A stretch of DNA of 64,000 nucleotides from Vicugna vicugna (lineage: Eukaryota), in the NCBI GenBank assembly GCA_013265495.1, contig MU062470.1:1789652-1853651 (forward strand), given 5' to 3'. This document shows, one piece after another, positions 1 through 11,070 of the stretch. The notes beneath the pieces were generated by a model. That model ran no database searches and was not told the origin of the DNA. It was given only the letters and a program-made list of their open reading frames with translations. Position 1 is the stretch's first letter, and each line of letters starts with the position of its first letter. A program made the translations under genes and the position numbers.

Positions 1-814
1 AGCAAATGCGCCGTTAAAACCCTTACATAATTGTAGCAGGTTTGGGTTTCCTCAGGTTCGAGTGTTCTTGCCTCTTTGATAATCAGACAATCTGAAGAAA
101 GGCGTAGAATTTCAGGGGAGAATCTGCGGGACAGGCTCACAATGAGGCTATTCACAGGGCTCCTTTATTGGCTTCCACAGTATCTGCACCGTGCGTAGTC
201 CCTGGCTTTGCTACAAGGCTCCATTTAAACTTAACCCATCTTGCAGACTTAACTGATCCAGGAACCACTCAATACAACCAGCCAGCTACTGTAGCTTTTC
301 CCCTTTGATAAGGGGTTTAACACAATGAGCTTCACAGTTCTTAAATGACTCCCTTTCCCCCCGTCTTTGAGAGGTGGTGCTTATGTGACCTTTTGTTCTG
401 AGTAAAATTTCACATGGTTTGATTACATTTTTTAAAAGTACAAACACAGTGTTGACTTCTCACCCTCAGAGGAAAGCTTAAAATCTCGTAGATGGTATAG
501 AAATGGGACTCGTATCACAACGCTTACACAGCTGATTTCACCACATCAGATACTAGCTTAGGTGTTAAACTTGCAGATACTTTACTTTTGAGGGTAACCC
601 TGGTGGCCCTGCTGGTGGCCCTGCTTCTGCACTCGGCTTGGCGCCCTTCCGGTTACCTGCTGGTGCTTGTGCCACTTCTACCGCAAGGGCTGGTAACCAC
701 CCAGGCCCCACTCCGCCGGGGTCCGGCGGGGAAGCGAGGGGGAGGCCCCTGAGGATGTATCTGGTCTCAGGCCACTGGGAGTGGGGCCAACACTTTGGAT
801 CACAGCTCAGAATA

Positions 815-964
815 CTGGGTCTCAAACTTCAGTGAGCAAAAATCACCAGAACGTCTGATTAAAAACGCAGATTCCCGGACCCACACCCAGAGTCTGATTC
901 AGCAGGTCTGGGGATCTGCATCTTTAACAAGTGATTTGTCGTCAGACCTTACTGAGAACCACTG
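815..964. mobile_element. MER5A-like hAT-Charlie DNA transposon fossil
   Basis: Terminal inverted ends (ggtctcaaact...tgagaaccactg) and an internal aatcacc...aaaacgcagatt...cagagtctgattcagcaggtctgg match to the recalled MER5A consensus. Confidence 0.75.
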
Positions 965-1539
965 TTTCCAATTCACCAGGGAACAGGGGCGTTCACAGAC
1001 CCTCTTGGGTAGGAGTGACCCCAGTGTGATTTCCCAGGTAGTGGCAGGAGGGAAGGACGCCCAGAACGTCCAGTGACGTCCTGCTCTGTTCCGCTCCCAT
1101 CCGCAGCAGGGCAGCACCCGCCCTGAGTATCGCGGTCCCCAGGACACGCCTCACCTGTGCGCCTGCACACGGGTGTCTGACGATGGCGTCTCACTCACCC
1201 GAGCTCCACACATAATCAGAACTTCAGAGCGGCTGTTATGTCTTTAATCCCAATTTGCTTCTCAACCCTCCTCTCCTACCCCTATTAATTTTAGGTTTTT
1301 AGAAACAGAGGTCTTTTTCAAATGATTTCCAATTAGAAATGAATTCTTAAAAAGCCTTCTGGGAATTGTGGATGTAACATGTTTGCTCATTTCATGAAGA
1401 TACGATTCTTCCTTGAAGATAAGCTGATCTGATGAGCAAGACGGGGAAGGTAGGCGGCACGGCGCGGCTACTGCTGAGGCTTACGGCGCGGTGCCTGCAG
1501 CGCTGTTGTGCGCTCTCTTTGTGACCCCACCCCCACGCA

Positions 1540-1665
1540 TTTTTTTATTATGAGAACTTTCAGACTGACAACTGACACGAAACCAGAAAGTACAATTCCT
1601 ACGTATGCATCATCCAGTTTCCAGGTACCAAGGTCTGTCATTTTCGGGCAGCTTTTGTTCTGTTC
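1540..1665 (-). mobile_element. Old L1 (L1ME/MC-like) 3' end fragment
   Basis: ttttttattatgagaactttcaga...catcatccagtttcc resembles the antisense L1ME 3' UTR. Confidence 0.5.
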
Positions 1666-1782
1666 TTAAATGTTGCTGACGGTTTTCTAATTGGTTCATT
1701 TAGGAAGGAGTCAAATGTGAGGCGCTTTGCTTGGGTCTGAGTGTGGTGACCCTGAGGGGTAACCTGAAGGTGTCCTTTTCAG

Positions 1783-1944
1783 GAGTGTGTTCCGGAAGAC
1801 CTAGAACTGAAGCAGCAGCTGTTTGCTCAGCTGGATGGAATCATGGACGATGACGTGGTCTTGAGCAGCTCCAGCTCCTGCCTCCTGCCCTCCAAGCTGT
1901 TCGCTGGCCTGGCGCACAGGAAGCAGTGCCTCGTGGCACACCCC
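1783..1944 (+). CDS. CRYL1: CRYL1 exon 4 (lambda-crystallin / L-gulonate 3-dehydrogenase, aa 93-146)
   Basis: Acceptor ccttttcAG|GAG at 1781-1782 and donor CCC|GTGAGT at 1945. The 162 nt encode [54 protein letters not shown], matching recalled human CRYL1 [54 protein letters not shown]; E97, S124 and H145 are retained. Confidence 0.98.
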
Positions 1945-2029
1945 GTGAGTATATCGAGCCACCTGAGATAGGGTGACTCTCATTTGGGTTTTGGGGAGCA
2001 ACACATTTTAACTATCTGCTAGTACTTTT

Positions 2030-2175
2030 AACTTTTTTCAAATTGAAGTATAGTTGATTTACAGTGTTGTGTGAGTTTCTGGTGTACAGCAAAGTGACTG
2101 TTATACATATGTATTCTTTTTCATTATAGGTAATTACAGGATATTGAATACAGCCCCCTGTGTTATATATACAGC
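2030..2175 (-). mobile_element. Artiodactyl/camelid L1 3' end
   Basis: aattgaagtatagttgatttacagtgttgtgtgagtttctggtgtacagcaaagtgac...gatattgaatacag; the same family recurs at 30620, 35325 and 35870. Confidence 0.8.
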
Positions 2176-2189
2176 AGGACTTTGTTTTA

Positions 2190-2270
2190 ACCGCTTTATG
2201 GAGATCAAATAAATCAACTTGTACAATTCAGTGGTTTTTAGTGTACTTAGAGAGGTGTACAGTATCAGCA
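2190..2270 (-). mobile_element. L1MB-like 3' UTR fragment
   Basis: gctttatggagat...tgtacaattcagtggtttttagtgtac; homologous to the copies at 40484 and 54384. Confidence 0.6.
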
Positions 2271-4307
2271 TTTTTTAAAGGAATTTTATCCAAAAATTCC
2301 TTGAGCTGTTATCTTGTATCTCGTGCATCACGGGGTGGAACGAGCGGACTCAAGTAACTCCCGTTCCAGCTGAGGAGAGAGACTGCTAAACAAGTAACTG
2401 CACGGCCAAGGAAAGGGCGCTACACTAGCACACAGTCCAGGCCAAGCGGGATTCTGCAGGCGGGCCACCTGCACTGTGTGCTTCCCTGAGCTCAGGTCAG
2501 AATGGGGTCATCTGTGCTGATGGGCTCCACCCGGGGCTCTGGGGAGCAGCTCTGACTTAACCCTTCCTTCCTGTGGTCCCTCCCACCAGGCCTCGTCACT
2601 GACTGGCTGGCTTACTCACTAGGAGTGCCTTGGGAGGAGGCGTGTTGGCACGCAGGCACTCAATCTTTTCGAGGTTAACCTGTTAAAGTCAAGAAAGGGG
2701 AATTAAGAGTGGGGATTGGGGGATCATTTGGTGGGCGTCTGAGAACTGAGTGGAGAGCCGGGACAGCCTGCTAGGACAGAAAAGCGAACGCGGCTCCAGC
2801 CACAATCAACAGGATGCATATGACAATGCCACACCCTCTGCACCACCGGCCACCGAGGTTAAAGGTTGAGAACACCGAGAGCTGCCCAATGGGGGCGGAC
2901 CTGGTTGGGCTGCTGTGAGAGGCTGGAAGGAGCATAAGCAGAGAGCTGGCCAAGCACAGGATGGGGCATGCAGAGTTGCCAGGAGAGCAGCGTGACCGGC
3001 AGGGCACTCGTACTCGGGAAGCAGCAGGATGGTGACAGGAGGCCTGGTGATACTGGGGCCGGGGAACCATGAGAGCTGCTCTGAACAATCAGAACTGCTC
3101 AGGCACAGAGCAGCGCTGTGGTGCGGTGGAAACGGGCCCTTGGAGGATAAGCCGAAGGTCCTTTCTGCAGTGAAGATGGCTCCGAGAGGCGGGCAGCTCC
3201 TTCACAGAACCTGAGGGCAGTGTTCCAAGCATGCGTGAAAACAAAGGGGAGTCACAGATGCCTGCCGGGTCTTCCATGCTGAGAAGAGGGACAGCCTGGA
3301 CCACCACTGACACGCCTGACTGCTTCTGGACGTCCTGAGCTGAAGTCTAACAGAAAGTCTAACAAACGATTATTTTAAAAAAAGAGAACAGGGACGGAAA
3401 CCAAGCATTTCCTCACCACTCAGTCCAGCGGAAAGCAGCACCAAGGGGGCCTTAACTGGAGCCTCCAAACCCCAGAGCCCACGAGGCGTGTCACGTCTTC
3501 GCTTCTGTGACGTGTGTGTCCATCCAGAGGGCTCTCAGGAAGCATGAGCCACTAGATTGTCACTTGGTTGCTTCAGTGAAAAGTGAGCTTCTTGGCCAAG
3601 AGCTTCCGTCTATAACCAGTGCTTTTACTTCTAAGTCAGTTTAAAAAACAACTGAATCAGATTGTCCCCAAAACACCTCCTAAGTCCTCTGCCCAGACTC
3701 TCTCCACATCCCTTCCTTTCATCCCCCGCTGGGCCGGGCCAGGCCCCACCTGCCCTTCTCTGCTGCCCGAGGCAGCCCGAACACTGCGGGCCGGCCCCCC
3801 GCAGTAACTGTGCGGCATGGCGCTTGTCTCCCTCACACCTTTCCGGTCTCGCTCGCGTTTACTTAATCAAACACAGACAGCACAGAGTGAGGCCTTAATT
3901 TAAAAATTAATCCCTCATTACTTTTATAAATAATTTTAAACCAAAACTGACATTAACCAAAGCAAATCACATCACTCAAACTGACTGTCCTTGGAATTTT
4001 ACCCCTGCTGGCTCACGCTGCCTACTTCTGGATCTCCTGACCTCTGGGGGAAAAGTGCCTCGATAATCTAGAACCATCTATGACTTTTAGGAGCCACAGA
4101 GTTTTCCGTCCCCCTCCAGGCCAGACAGGCAGGAGAGGCTGGCGCCCTGCCTTCTGCTTGGTGCGCAGCCACTGGGGTTCTCTGCCCGACAGGAAACAGA
4201 GCAAAGGAGAAGGAAGCCTGCCCACGCCTCTGAAGGACCTGGCAGTGGGTGCTGGGCGAAGGCTGCCGTCTCCACCGGCCACACCCACGCGCCCTCGGTG
4301 CCTTTCC

Positions 4308-4329
4308 GGGTGGGGTGGGGTGGGGTGGG
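4308..4329 (+). repeat. (GGGGT)n G-quadruplex-forming motif in intron 4
   Basis: GGGTGGGGTGGGGTGGGGTGGG: five G-runs with 1-nt loops. Confidence 0.85.
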
Positions 4330-4559
4330 GACTCTCGGGTCCTCCCGGCGCCCAGGTGTTTCACAGACCGGCTCCAGGAAGGGCCGGGCTCAGGAAGGGG
4401 GGGATGCCCCGACAGCCCTCCTCTCCAGCGCCTCTGGGCTGCCAGTGAGGGGAGAGGGGCCCAGGGTGGCCACGGGTGGCTGGAGGTTTTTGCTGACGAC
4501 TGAGAGCCGAGTTTGACCGCGCGCTCCTGGCACTCGGGCTCCATGGCGGCATCAGCCAG

Positions 4560-5250
4560 AGCCGCAGGTCCCCACGGGCAGCTCTGGCCGCGCTTCACGA
4601 AGACCCCGCTCGCTCCCTCCATCTTCAGCCGGAGGCGCGGGCGGCCCCACGTGCTCTCAGCGCCGCCCCTCTGACGCGCGCTCCGCGGCGAGGCGGCCGG
4701 ACCCGGCCCTGAGCGGCAGCGCCTCCGGCGCGCAGTCCAGCGTGGCTGCCTGCTCGGCAGCCGCAGAGCGGACGCGCCCGGAGGGAAGCGGGGCCCCGCC
4801 CACAGGCGCCGGCCCGGCCTCGGCCCGCGACGCCGCCTCCCACGGGCGCTCGTGTCGGTGGCGACGCGAATGTTCCGTGTCTGCGTCCCCTGCGCGCTGC
4901 CAGCTCCCGCCGCTTCTGTCAGGACGGCGCGGGTGTCGCTGATGAAAGGGCTGTGCTCTGAGAATGGTCACAACACCGAGGGAGTGAGGAAGAGGAGCCC
5001 CCAGGGGGAGGCCCGCCGCGGGTACGTGCGAACACGCAACCCGGAGCCGCCTTTTCCTGGGAGAAGGGACGGGCTTCCTTCCCTGAGAGCCTGCCGTGGC
5101 TAACCCGCTGCACAGAACGCGGAGCTTCTGTTGGGCCGCGGGGCTACCCTGATCACGTGCCCCAGGCTCCGCTCCAGACCCTGGTCAGCGGAAAATCCCC
5201 CCTCCCGCTGCCCGGCTGTCTGAGCGCTGAGCCTCACAGGCCACCACCCC
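4560..5250. promoter_or_regulatory. CpG-island-like segment in CRYL1 intron 4
   Basis: Visibly dense CpG and GC-box content (e.g. gaggcgcgggcggcccc, gcgcgctccgcggcgaggcggccgg); obs/exp ratio not computed. Confidence 0.6.
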
Positions 5251-6599
5251 GTGCCTCCAGCAACGCTCGGTCCCGCTCTCCGCTAGCCCCGGGGCCACCT
5301 CCCTAACCGTCCAGAAGCCGTCTCCTCTTCTCCGTGTTTTCCCCCAGTTCTTGAGAGCATGCTTCTCACAGCGAAGGCCCCGACCTACCAGCCCCGTGGG
5401 AGAGAACAGCGTGTCAGTAGACGGCCTTTCCCCTCCTTTTCCGTAGAGCCTCTTTGGTTTCCTCGTCTTCTCTCCCTTCCCTCCTCTCACGTCTTAGGAG
5501 CACCTGCCGTAATCGCCAGGACCCTTCTCTGAGCCTGAAACAGGGACTGTTCTCTGTCACGGGACTGAGGTGCTCTGACTCCCTCCGACGTGAGTTTAAC
5601 CTATGACAGGTGGAGTGTGTGCCTGTGGGGTGCCCAGGGGAGAGCATCCAGTGCAGAGTTACAAACATGGGCCTGCAGCGGGTGGTGAGACCTCAGCATC
5701 CTGCTGGCAGTAGCGCCCTCGGTGCTGATGAAGTCTCCCAGGCGAGTCTGAGAGCGGCACAGAGGGAGGCCAGCGGCGGCGGCCTGGGGGCACCAGAAAG
5801 TGTGGGAAGGATGTGTGAGCAAGCTGTACATAAAAATGCCCTTTAACTGTTTGTCCTAATCTGTTTTTGCTCCTCACCAGGCTCAGTACCGAAGATTCCC
5901 TAAGCCCAATATCCCTGCTTTACAGTAAAGAGAAGTTCACCTAGGGCAGACGTGCTTCCAGTTCTTAGAATTCTGATCTTTAAAAATGCCAGAAGTTAAA
6001 CAAACATTACTGTAAGAATTCAGTGATTACAGGCAGGATTCAACAAGTGATTCAACTAAGGCGCACTGATTTATAATTTACTTGAAACAGGAGCCATCCT
6101 CTCCTGCGTTCTGAGAGGGCTGAGAGTAGGTTTCCTCTGAAGTGCGTGGACCAGCTGCCTGTTCCAGGCAGCCCTAGGACAGAGAAATTCTTCTCTGTTC
6201 TGTAGAAGTCATTTTTAAGTGGATGGTTCTTGTCGTATTTGGTAAATGTGAGAATCTACCAATTTTCAGTCGTGTGGAGGAAAAAGAAAAGCATGATTTG
6301 GGGAAGTCTAGTGTGCATCTGCTCACTGGTGCGGCTAACCAGCAGCCTCTTCACATGTAGAACTCTCTTTGAGAGTCAAGAACGGCTTCCCAAAGTAAAC
6401 CAAGAAAACCAGAGCCAAAGGTTCAGTGCTGGGCAGGCAAATGCTTCCTTCCAATGAGGACAGTCTCTTCCTGTCTTAGACTGCACCGTCACATAAGGGC
6501 TATAGAGGGCTTCTGATATTTTGTGATTTCTAGGTAGGATGTGATTGGGGAAGCAAATGTTTGAGGCTCAACACGGACAAGTTAAGGATCATTTTTAAC

Positions 6600-6880
6600 A
6601 CTGACACACTAGAATGGCAATGACTAGCTGGGAGAGGATGGCTGGGGCGTGGGGGCGGGGCAGGCAGAAGCCCAGGAGGTCTGGACAGCTGGTAGACATA
6701 GAAACCCCATGGGAGGTCAAGGGTTTGGAGATCAACTGTAATTGTACAGGACGGTCATTTGCACCTTCAAATTTCAAGCTCGACGTTGGTAATTTTTCTT
6801 TAACAAAACCATGCTGTTCTGTACTCACTTTTTTTTCCTCCCATTTGTGAATTACTTTATTTCTCAAGCTTCTTGTCATT
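6600..6880 (-). mobile_element. L3/CR1 LINE reverse-transcriptase fossil
   Basis: Minus-strand translation KVIHKWEEKKVSTEQHGFVKEK resembles the CR1 RT motif HLE..VITRSQHGF.KNK, followed by gatctccaaacccttgac, similar to the DFSKAFD-coding sequence. Confidence 0.5.
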
Positions 6881-7024
6881 GGATGCTGAGTCTCGAGGGG
6901 CCTTCATTCCAAAGTTGAACCCACCCCCACTGACCATTCAGGAAGGTGGGCCAGGTCTGCCAGAACGACACCCCAAACTCCAGAGCCATCCCCTTGATTC
7001 TCTCCCCTCTGTCTCTCTCCTAAG

Positions 7025-7219
7025 GTAAACCCACCCTATCACGTCCCATTGGTTGAGCTGGTCCCACACCCAGAGACCGCCCCCGCGACCGTGGACAGAA
7101 CTCACGCCCTGATGCGGAAGATTGGACAGTCCCCGGTCAGAATCATGAAGGAGATTGACGGCTTCGCTCTGAACCGCCTCCAATATGCAGTTATCAGCGA
7201 GGCCTGGAGGCTCGTGGAG
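7025..7219 (+). CDS. CRYL1: CRYL1 exon 5 (aa 147-211)
   Basis: Acceptor ctctctcctaAG|GTA and donor GAG|GTGCGT at 7220. The 195 nt, phase 0/0, encode [65 protein letters not shown]; E157 and N196 are retained. Confidence 0.98.
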
Positions 7220-8249
7220 GTGCGTGGGCTGCCCTCTGTCCCTGCAGCTGAGCAGAAGAGGCGGGAGTCTTGGGGGTCCCCGCCGGGGTGGGAAAGGCAT
7301 ACAGGCTCCATCCCACTGGCTCTATTCTGGAGACCACAGGCAAACTTCTCCCTCAGGTTCAGTCAAAAGGCAATGGCAGTCAAATGTCAGGTAGCAAATT
7401 CAGCACTTCAGAGAATCCTCTGCACGGCAAGTCACCCGCTATTCAGGTGTGATGGCAGACTTCCTTCTCGCCCTTTCTCGTCATTACCAAGTAGTTATTT
7501 CCGTGACTTGCTGCGTTTTCCCAGTCTCAGATTCTGCCCCCCAGTGCTATACTTTTTCAGGAGAAAATTTATATTTTGAGTAAACCTGTATCCTCTAAAG
7601 AACCCAATTTATTTCACGATCTTGAGAAAGAAACAGTGAATGACCTTTAAACTTGTTAGTAACATGCTCTTACGTATAAATAGAAGATTATTTACATCCT
7701 CAACTTTTAACTAAAAGATTTTACACGCAATTTTCAATTGCCTGGCTGCGTGCACTGCCGTCTGCATTGTTCAGTTGAGGGGCCTGGTCCCTGGCAGGTA
7801 GGCGTCAGAGCAGCTCCAGGCCTGGGAGTGGAGCCCAGGGTCCAGGCTCAGCCGGCCAGGTCTCCACCACCCACTTTCTGATGCTTCCCGGCTTCTGCCC
7901 GGGTGAGCAGGGTGCTCGGCCGGCACCTATCCTGCCGCCACCGGGCAGAGTGAGCGAGGAAAAGGGGGCCCAGGGTAAACCATCTTTGCCTGGATGGACC
8001 CAAAGCTCCCGTCTTGGCTCCCAAGCATGCCCAGCGATCCCAGCCCGAGACAAAACAAGGACGCTGGCCACTGTGGGACCCACGCCTGGCGGAGTCCTCA
8101 CCAGGAGCCCAGACCTAAAGTCCACCAGGTGCAGTGTGCACGTGACAAAGTCAGAACAGGCTACAGAAATGAGATTAAGAAAGTAGAACCAGAACCCCGA
8201 ACCCCCAAGCCGCCTTTGGAGGAAGTCGAGAACATAATTCACCTAAGAA

Positions 8250-9060
8250 ACAAAGACTATGTACAGACAGGGTTGCGGCAGGTCCCCGTCCCCAGGCTGG
8301 GCGGGGGTGGCGGGGACCAGAGCCCCGGCGTCCCCAACCCCGCCATGCGCGCAGACCCGGCCCGCACGGCGCTTCAGCTGCGGACGCTGGGCCCGCAGGC
8401 GGGGCGAGGGCAGACACCGGCCGCTTCCCCCGGGCTCGCTCGTTGAGGGCGGCCTCCCTACTCACCGCTCCGGCGCCCGCTGCCAGGCTCCTGGAAGAAA
8501 ACCGCGCCGCTGGTGCTGCGCGCCCACCTCAGGTACGGAGGTCAGGGAGGCCTGCGCCGCGCACAGCCCGCCTCCTCGTGCGCGTCCGCGTGCCTTCGTG
8601 GGGCGTGTGCGTGCATGCTTACGTATGTGTGCTGTGTGCGTCTGCGTGCACCAGCGTCTGTGCGTGCGTGCAGCCGCGTGCCTACGTGAGGCGTGTGCGT
8701 GGCGTGTGCGTGTGCGTGTGCGTGTGCGTACCAGGGTCGGGCCCGAGTTCAGCTCAGCAAGTGTAAGGGCCACTTAGAGTATAAGCAGCCTCGTGGGGAG
8801 CGGAGACCGCCACAACCTACGCGTCTCTTTTCCAGGAGCCCCTGGGGCGGCCTGGACCTCCCGCTCCGCGGCCGGGCCGGGTCCCAGCGTGGGAGGCCCG
8901 CGGGAGGCCTGCACCCTCTGCCGGGTCAGGCTGGTCGGCGGGGCCTGTGGGGCGGCCTGGGCCGGGGGACGCGGGACCCTGTGCCCAGGGGTGGCGGGTG
9001 GCAGAGGTTTCCATTGCAGACCAGCCTCGCGGACCCGAGTGAGCACCGCTTGGACACGGT
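8250..9060. promoter_or_regulatory. CpG-island-like segment in CRYL1 intron 5
   Basis: High CpG density, GGGCGG/GGGGCGG boxes and an embedded alternating purine-pyrimidine tract. Confidence 0.6.
8575..8730. repeat. Degenerate (GTGTGC/GTGC)n alternating purine-pyrimidine repeat
   Basis: For example gcgtgtgcgtgtgcgtgtgcgtgtgcgtac at ~8702-8731. Confidence 0.85.
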
Positions 9061-9109
9061 GTGACGGCTCCTGGACGTTGCTGGATCCGTCCGATGTCTC
9101 CAGTTTTGT

Positions 9110-9660
9110 TAGGCCGTTTTGCATCTAAGTTGGGAAGACATGTTGATCTCTATTTGAACTATGTTTTCTTGACTTTGGTGTCATGGTAATAACGCATAAA
9201 ATGGGTAGGGGAGTTTCCCCTCCTCTTCTGTTTTCTGGAAGAGGCTGGACAAGTCTTGTTAACTTCCTTAACTGTTGGGTAGAATTCCCCAGGGAAACCA
9301 CCTGAGCCTGGAGAACCTGTTTCTGAGTAGGTTATAACTGCGAAGCCAAATGCTTCAATGGTTCTAGAACCATTCCGATTGTCTGTTCCGTCTTGACTGA
9401 GTTTGGGTGGTTTGCAGTTTTTGAGAAATGGTTCCCCCGAGTCGCTGACTGTATGGGCATAAAGCTGTCGGCCGTCTGCTCTCACCCTTGCGGGGGCTGC
9501 AGGGCCCACAGCGACCTCCCTGGGCTCATCCCCGAGGGGGACCTCTGTCTTGTCGGCCTTGCTGGACGTTGCTCAGTTTCACCGCTTTCTTGAACGAAAG
9601 GATTCCCGTTTCGTTGACTTTTCTCTCTGGTTTTCCTGGTTTCGGCTTGCCTCACTAACT
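9110..9660 (-). mobile_element. Old L1 ORF2 fragment
   Basis: tgttgggtagaattccccagggaaaccacctgagcctggag...tttttgagaaatggttc matches antisense L1 ORF2 (ttggtagaattcaccagtgaagccatctgggcctgg). Confidence 0.8.
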
Positions 9661-9836
9661 TTGGAGGGTGGTCCTTACCACCTGCAGCCGCGCGGGAGGG
9701 ATGCCGGAGGCGACAGGCGGGGCTGTGGTTTGGGGAGCGACCGAGCGCGGGGGGAAGCGGGGAGCCCCTTGTCTGTCCTGCACCCGGCACGACACACGCG
9801 GTCTTGTTGCTGCCCCAGCCATGTGTTCTGCCCGCT

Positions 9837-9899
9837 CCGAGGGACGCGGGGCTCCCGGACGCTGGGCCCGCACCGAGGGACACGGGGCTCCCTGACGCT
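9837..9899. repeat. Two-copy 36-bp-period tandem repeat
   Basis: ccgagggacgcggggctcccggacgct at 9837 and ccgagggacacggggctccctgacgct at 9873. Confidence 0.8.
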
Positions 9900-10544
9900 C
9901 CTCTGGCCGCAGCATCGGGTCAGACCAGTACTTGTCGGCTTGGAAATGCCGGGTCGATGAGTCTGGCGGTTGCCCCGGAGCCCGAGATCCGGTGCCCGGG
10001 TGACGAGATCCTGTTGGCCGGGAAGGTGATCTGCAATCCATGTTCTTGAATTAATGAGCACAGTAGGGGAGGCGGTGCTGTGATGATAACTTCCTCCCAG
10101 ACAATAGTGAGCTTGTGCTGCGGGTAAATTCTTGCCCCGTCGGGGAAAGGTGGGCGGAGGCGGCAGCGGTGAACCACGGAGCCGCCGGCAGCGGACTCTC
10201 AGCCGCTGGGAATGTGCTAGTGATGATGAGCTTGGAAACTGCTTACCTGGGGTTTTGTTCCTCCTGAGAAATGTGAGCTCCAAGCTGGATTTTGCTCCTC
10301 GGGCCATGATCTGCAGAAATTCCCTCTGCTGTCTTGTCAGGGATGGTCTGTGGTCTGCACAGGACCCTCTGAGAGATTCCAGACCTTTGTCCTTCAGGTT
10401 TATTCTGACATGGATGCAGCTGTTTAAGGACTTGTTTCAGCTAATAAAATGCGTCTAAAAGATCACGTGGTGAAATTCACAGATGAGGCTTTTTGTGGTA
10501 AAGTCATTCAAGGGCTTCCGTCCTAGTACCATGACAATGCTGCG

Positions 10545-10685
10545 TAGATAGTTGTAGATACAATATAAAATACTATGTAAATAGTTGGCTTTCATAGCAA
10601 ATTCATGTTGTGCTTTTTGGAACTTTCTGGATTTTTTTTAACTGAATATGTTCGATCCACGATGGGCTGAGTTTGAGGGCTAGCT
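10545..10685. mobile_element. MER2/Tigger2-like TcMar DNA transposon fragment
   Basis: tactatgtaaatagttgg...gcaaattcatgttgtgctttttggaactttctggattttttt...gaatatgttcgatccacg matches the recalled MER2/Tigger 3' part. Confidence 0.65.
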
Positions 10686-10934
10686 GTGTGACACAGGAAT
10701 TAACAGTCAGCCCAGCGAGCCTCTGAGCTTTGTCTACTCACCAGTAACTTCAGCTTGGACACTATTTTAAAGTTTACAAAGTACTTTCCTTTACATTTTT
10801 CATGATTTTCAGATTTTTTTCAGATCATCTGAACTTAAAAGCACGAATAAGAGACCTACTGTTATTTTTGCCTTTACAAATTAATGCTTTGATCATATTG
10901 CATGGTCTGGTGGGGATTCAGACCTGTGCCCCCT

Positions 10935-11070
10935 CTGTGCTGCAGCGTCTGCATTTGTAAGTGGAGATGACAGTGGACTGTTCCTTTTTGGGGTCTGATG
11001 AGGATTGGATGGGGTTGTGAATGTTAAGGGCTGGCATACAGTAATGGTTTAGTCAATGCTACAGGTTATA
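10935..11070 (+). mobile_element. MIR SINE
   Basis: Core ctctgtgctgcag...catttgtaagtggagatgacagt...gaggatt...ggctggcatacagta. Confidence 0.65.
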
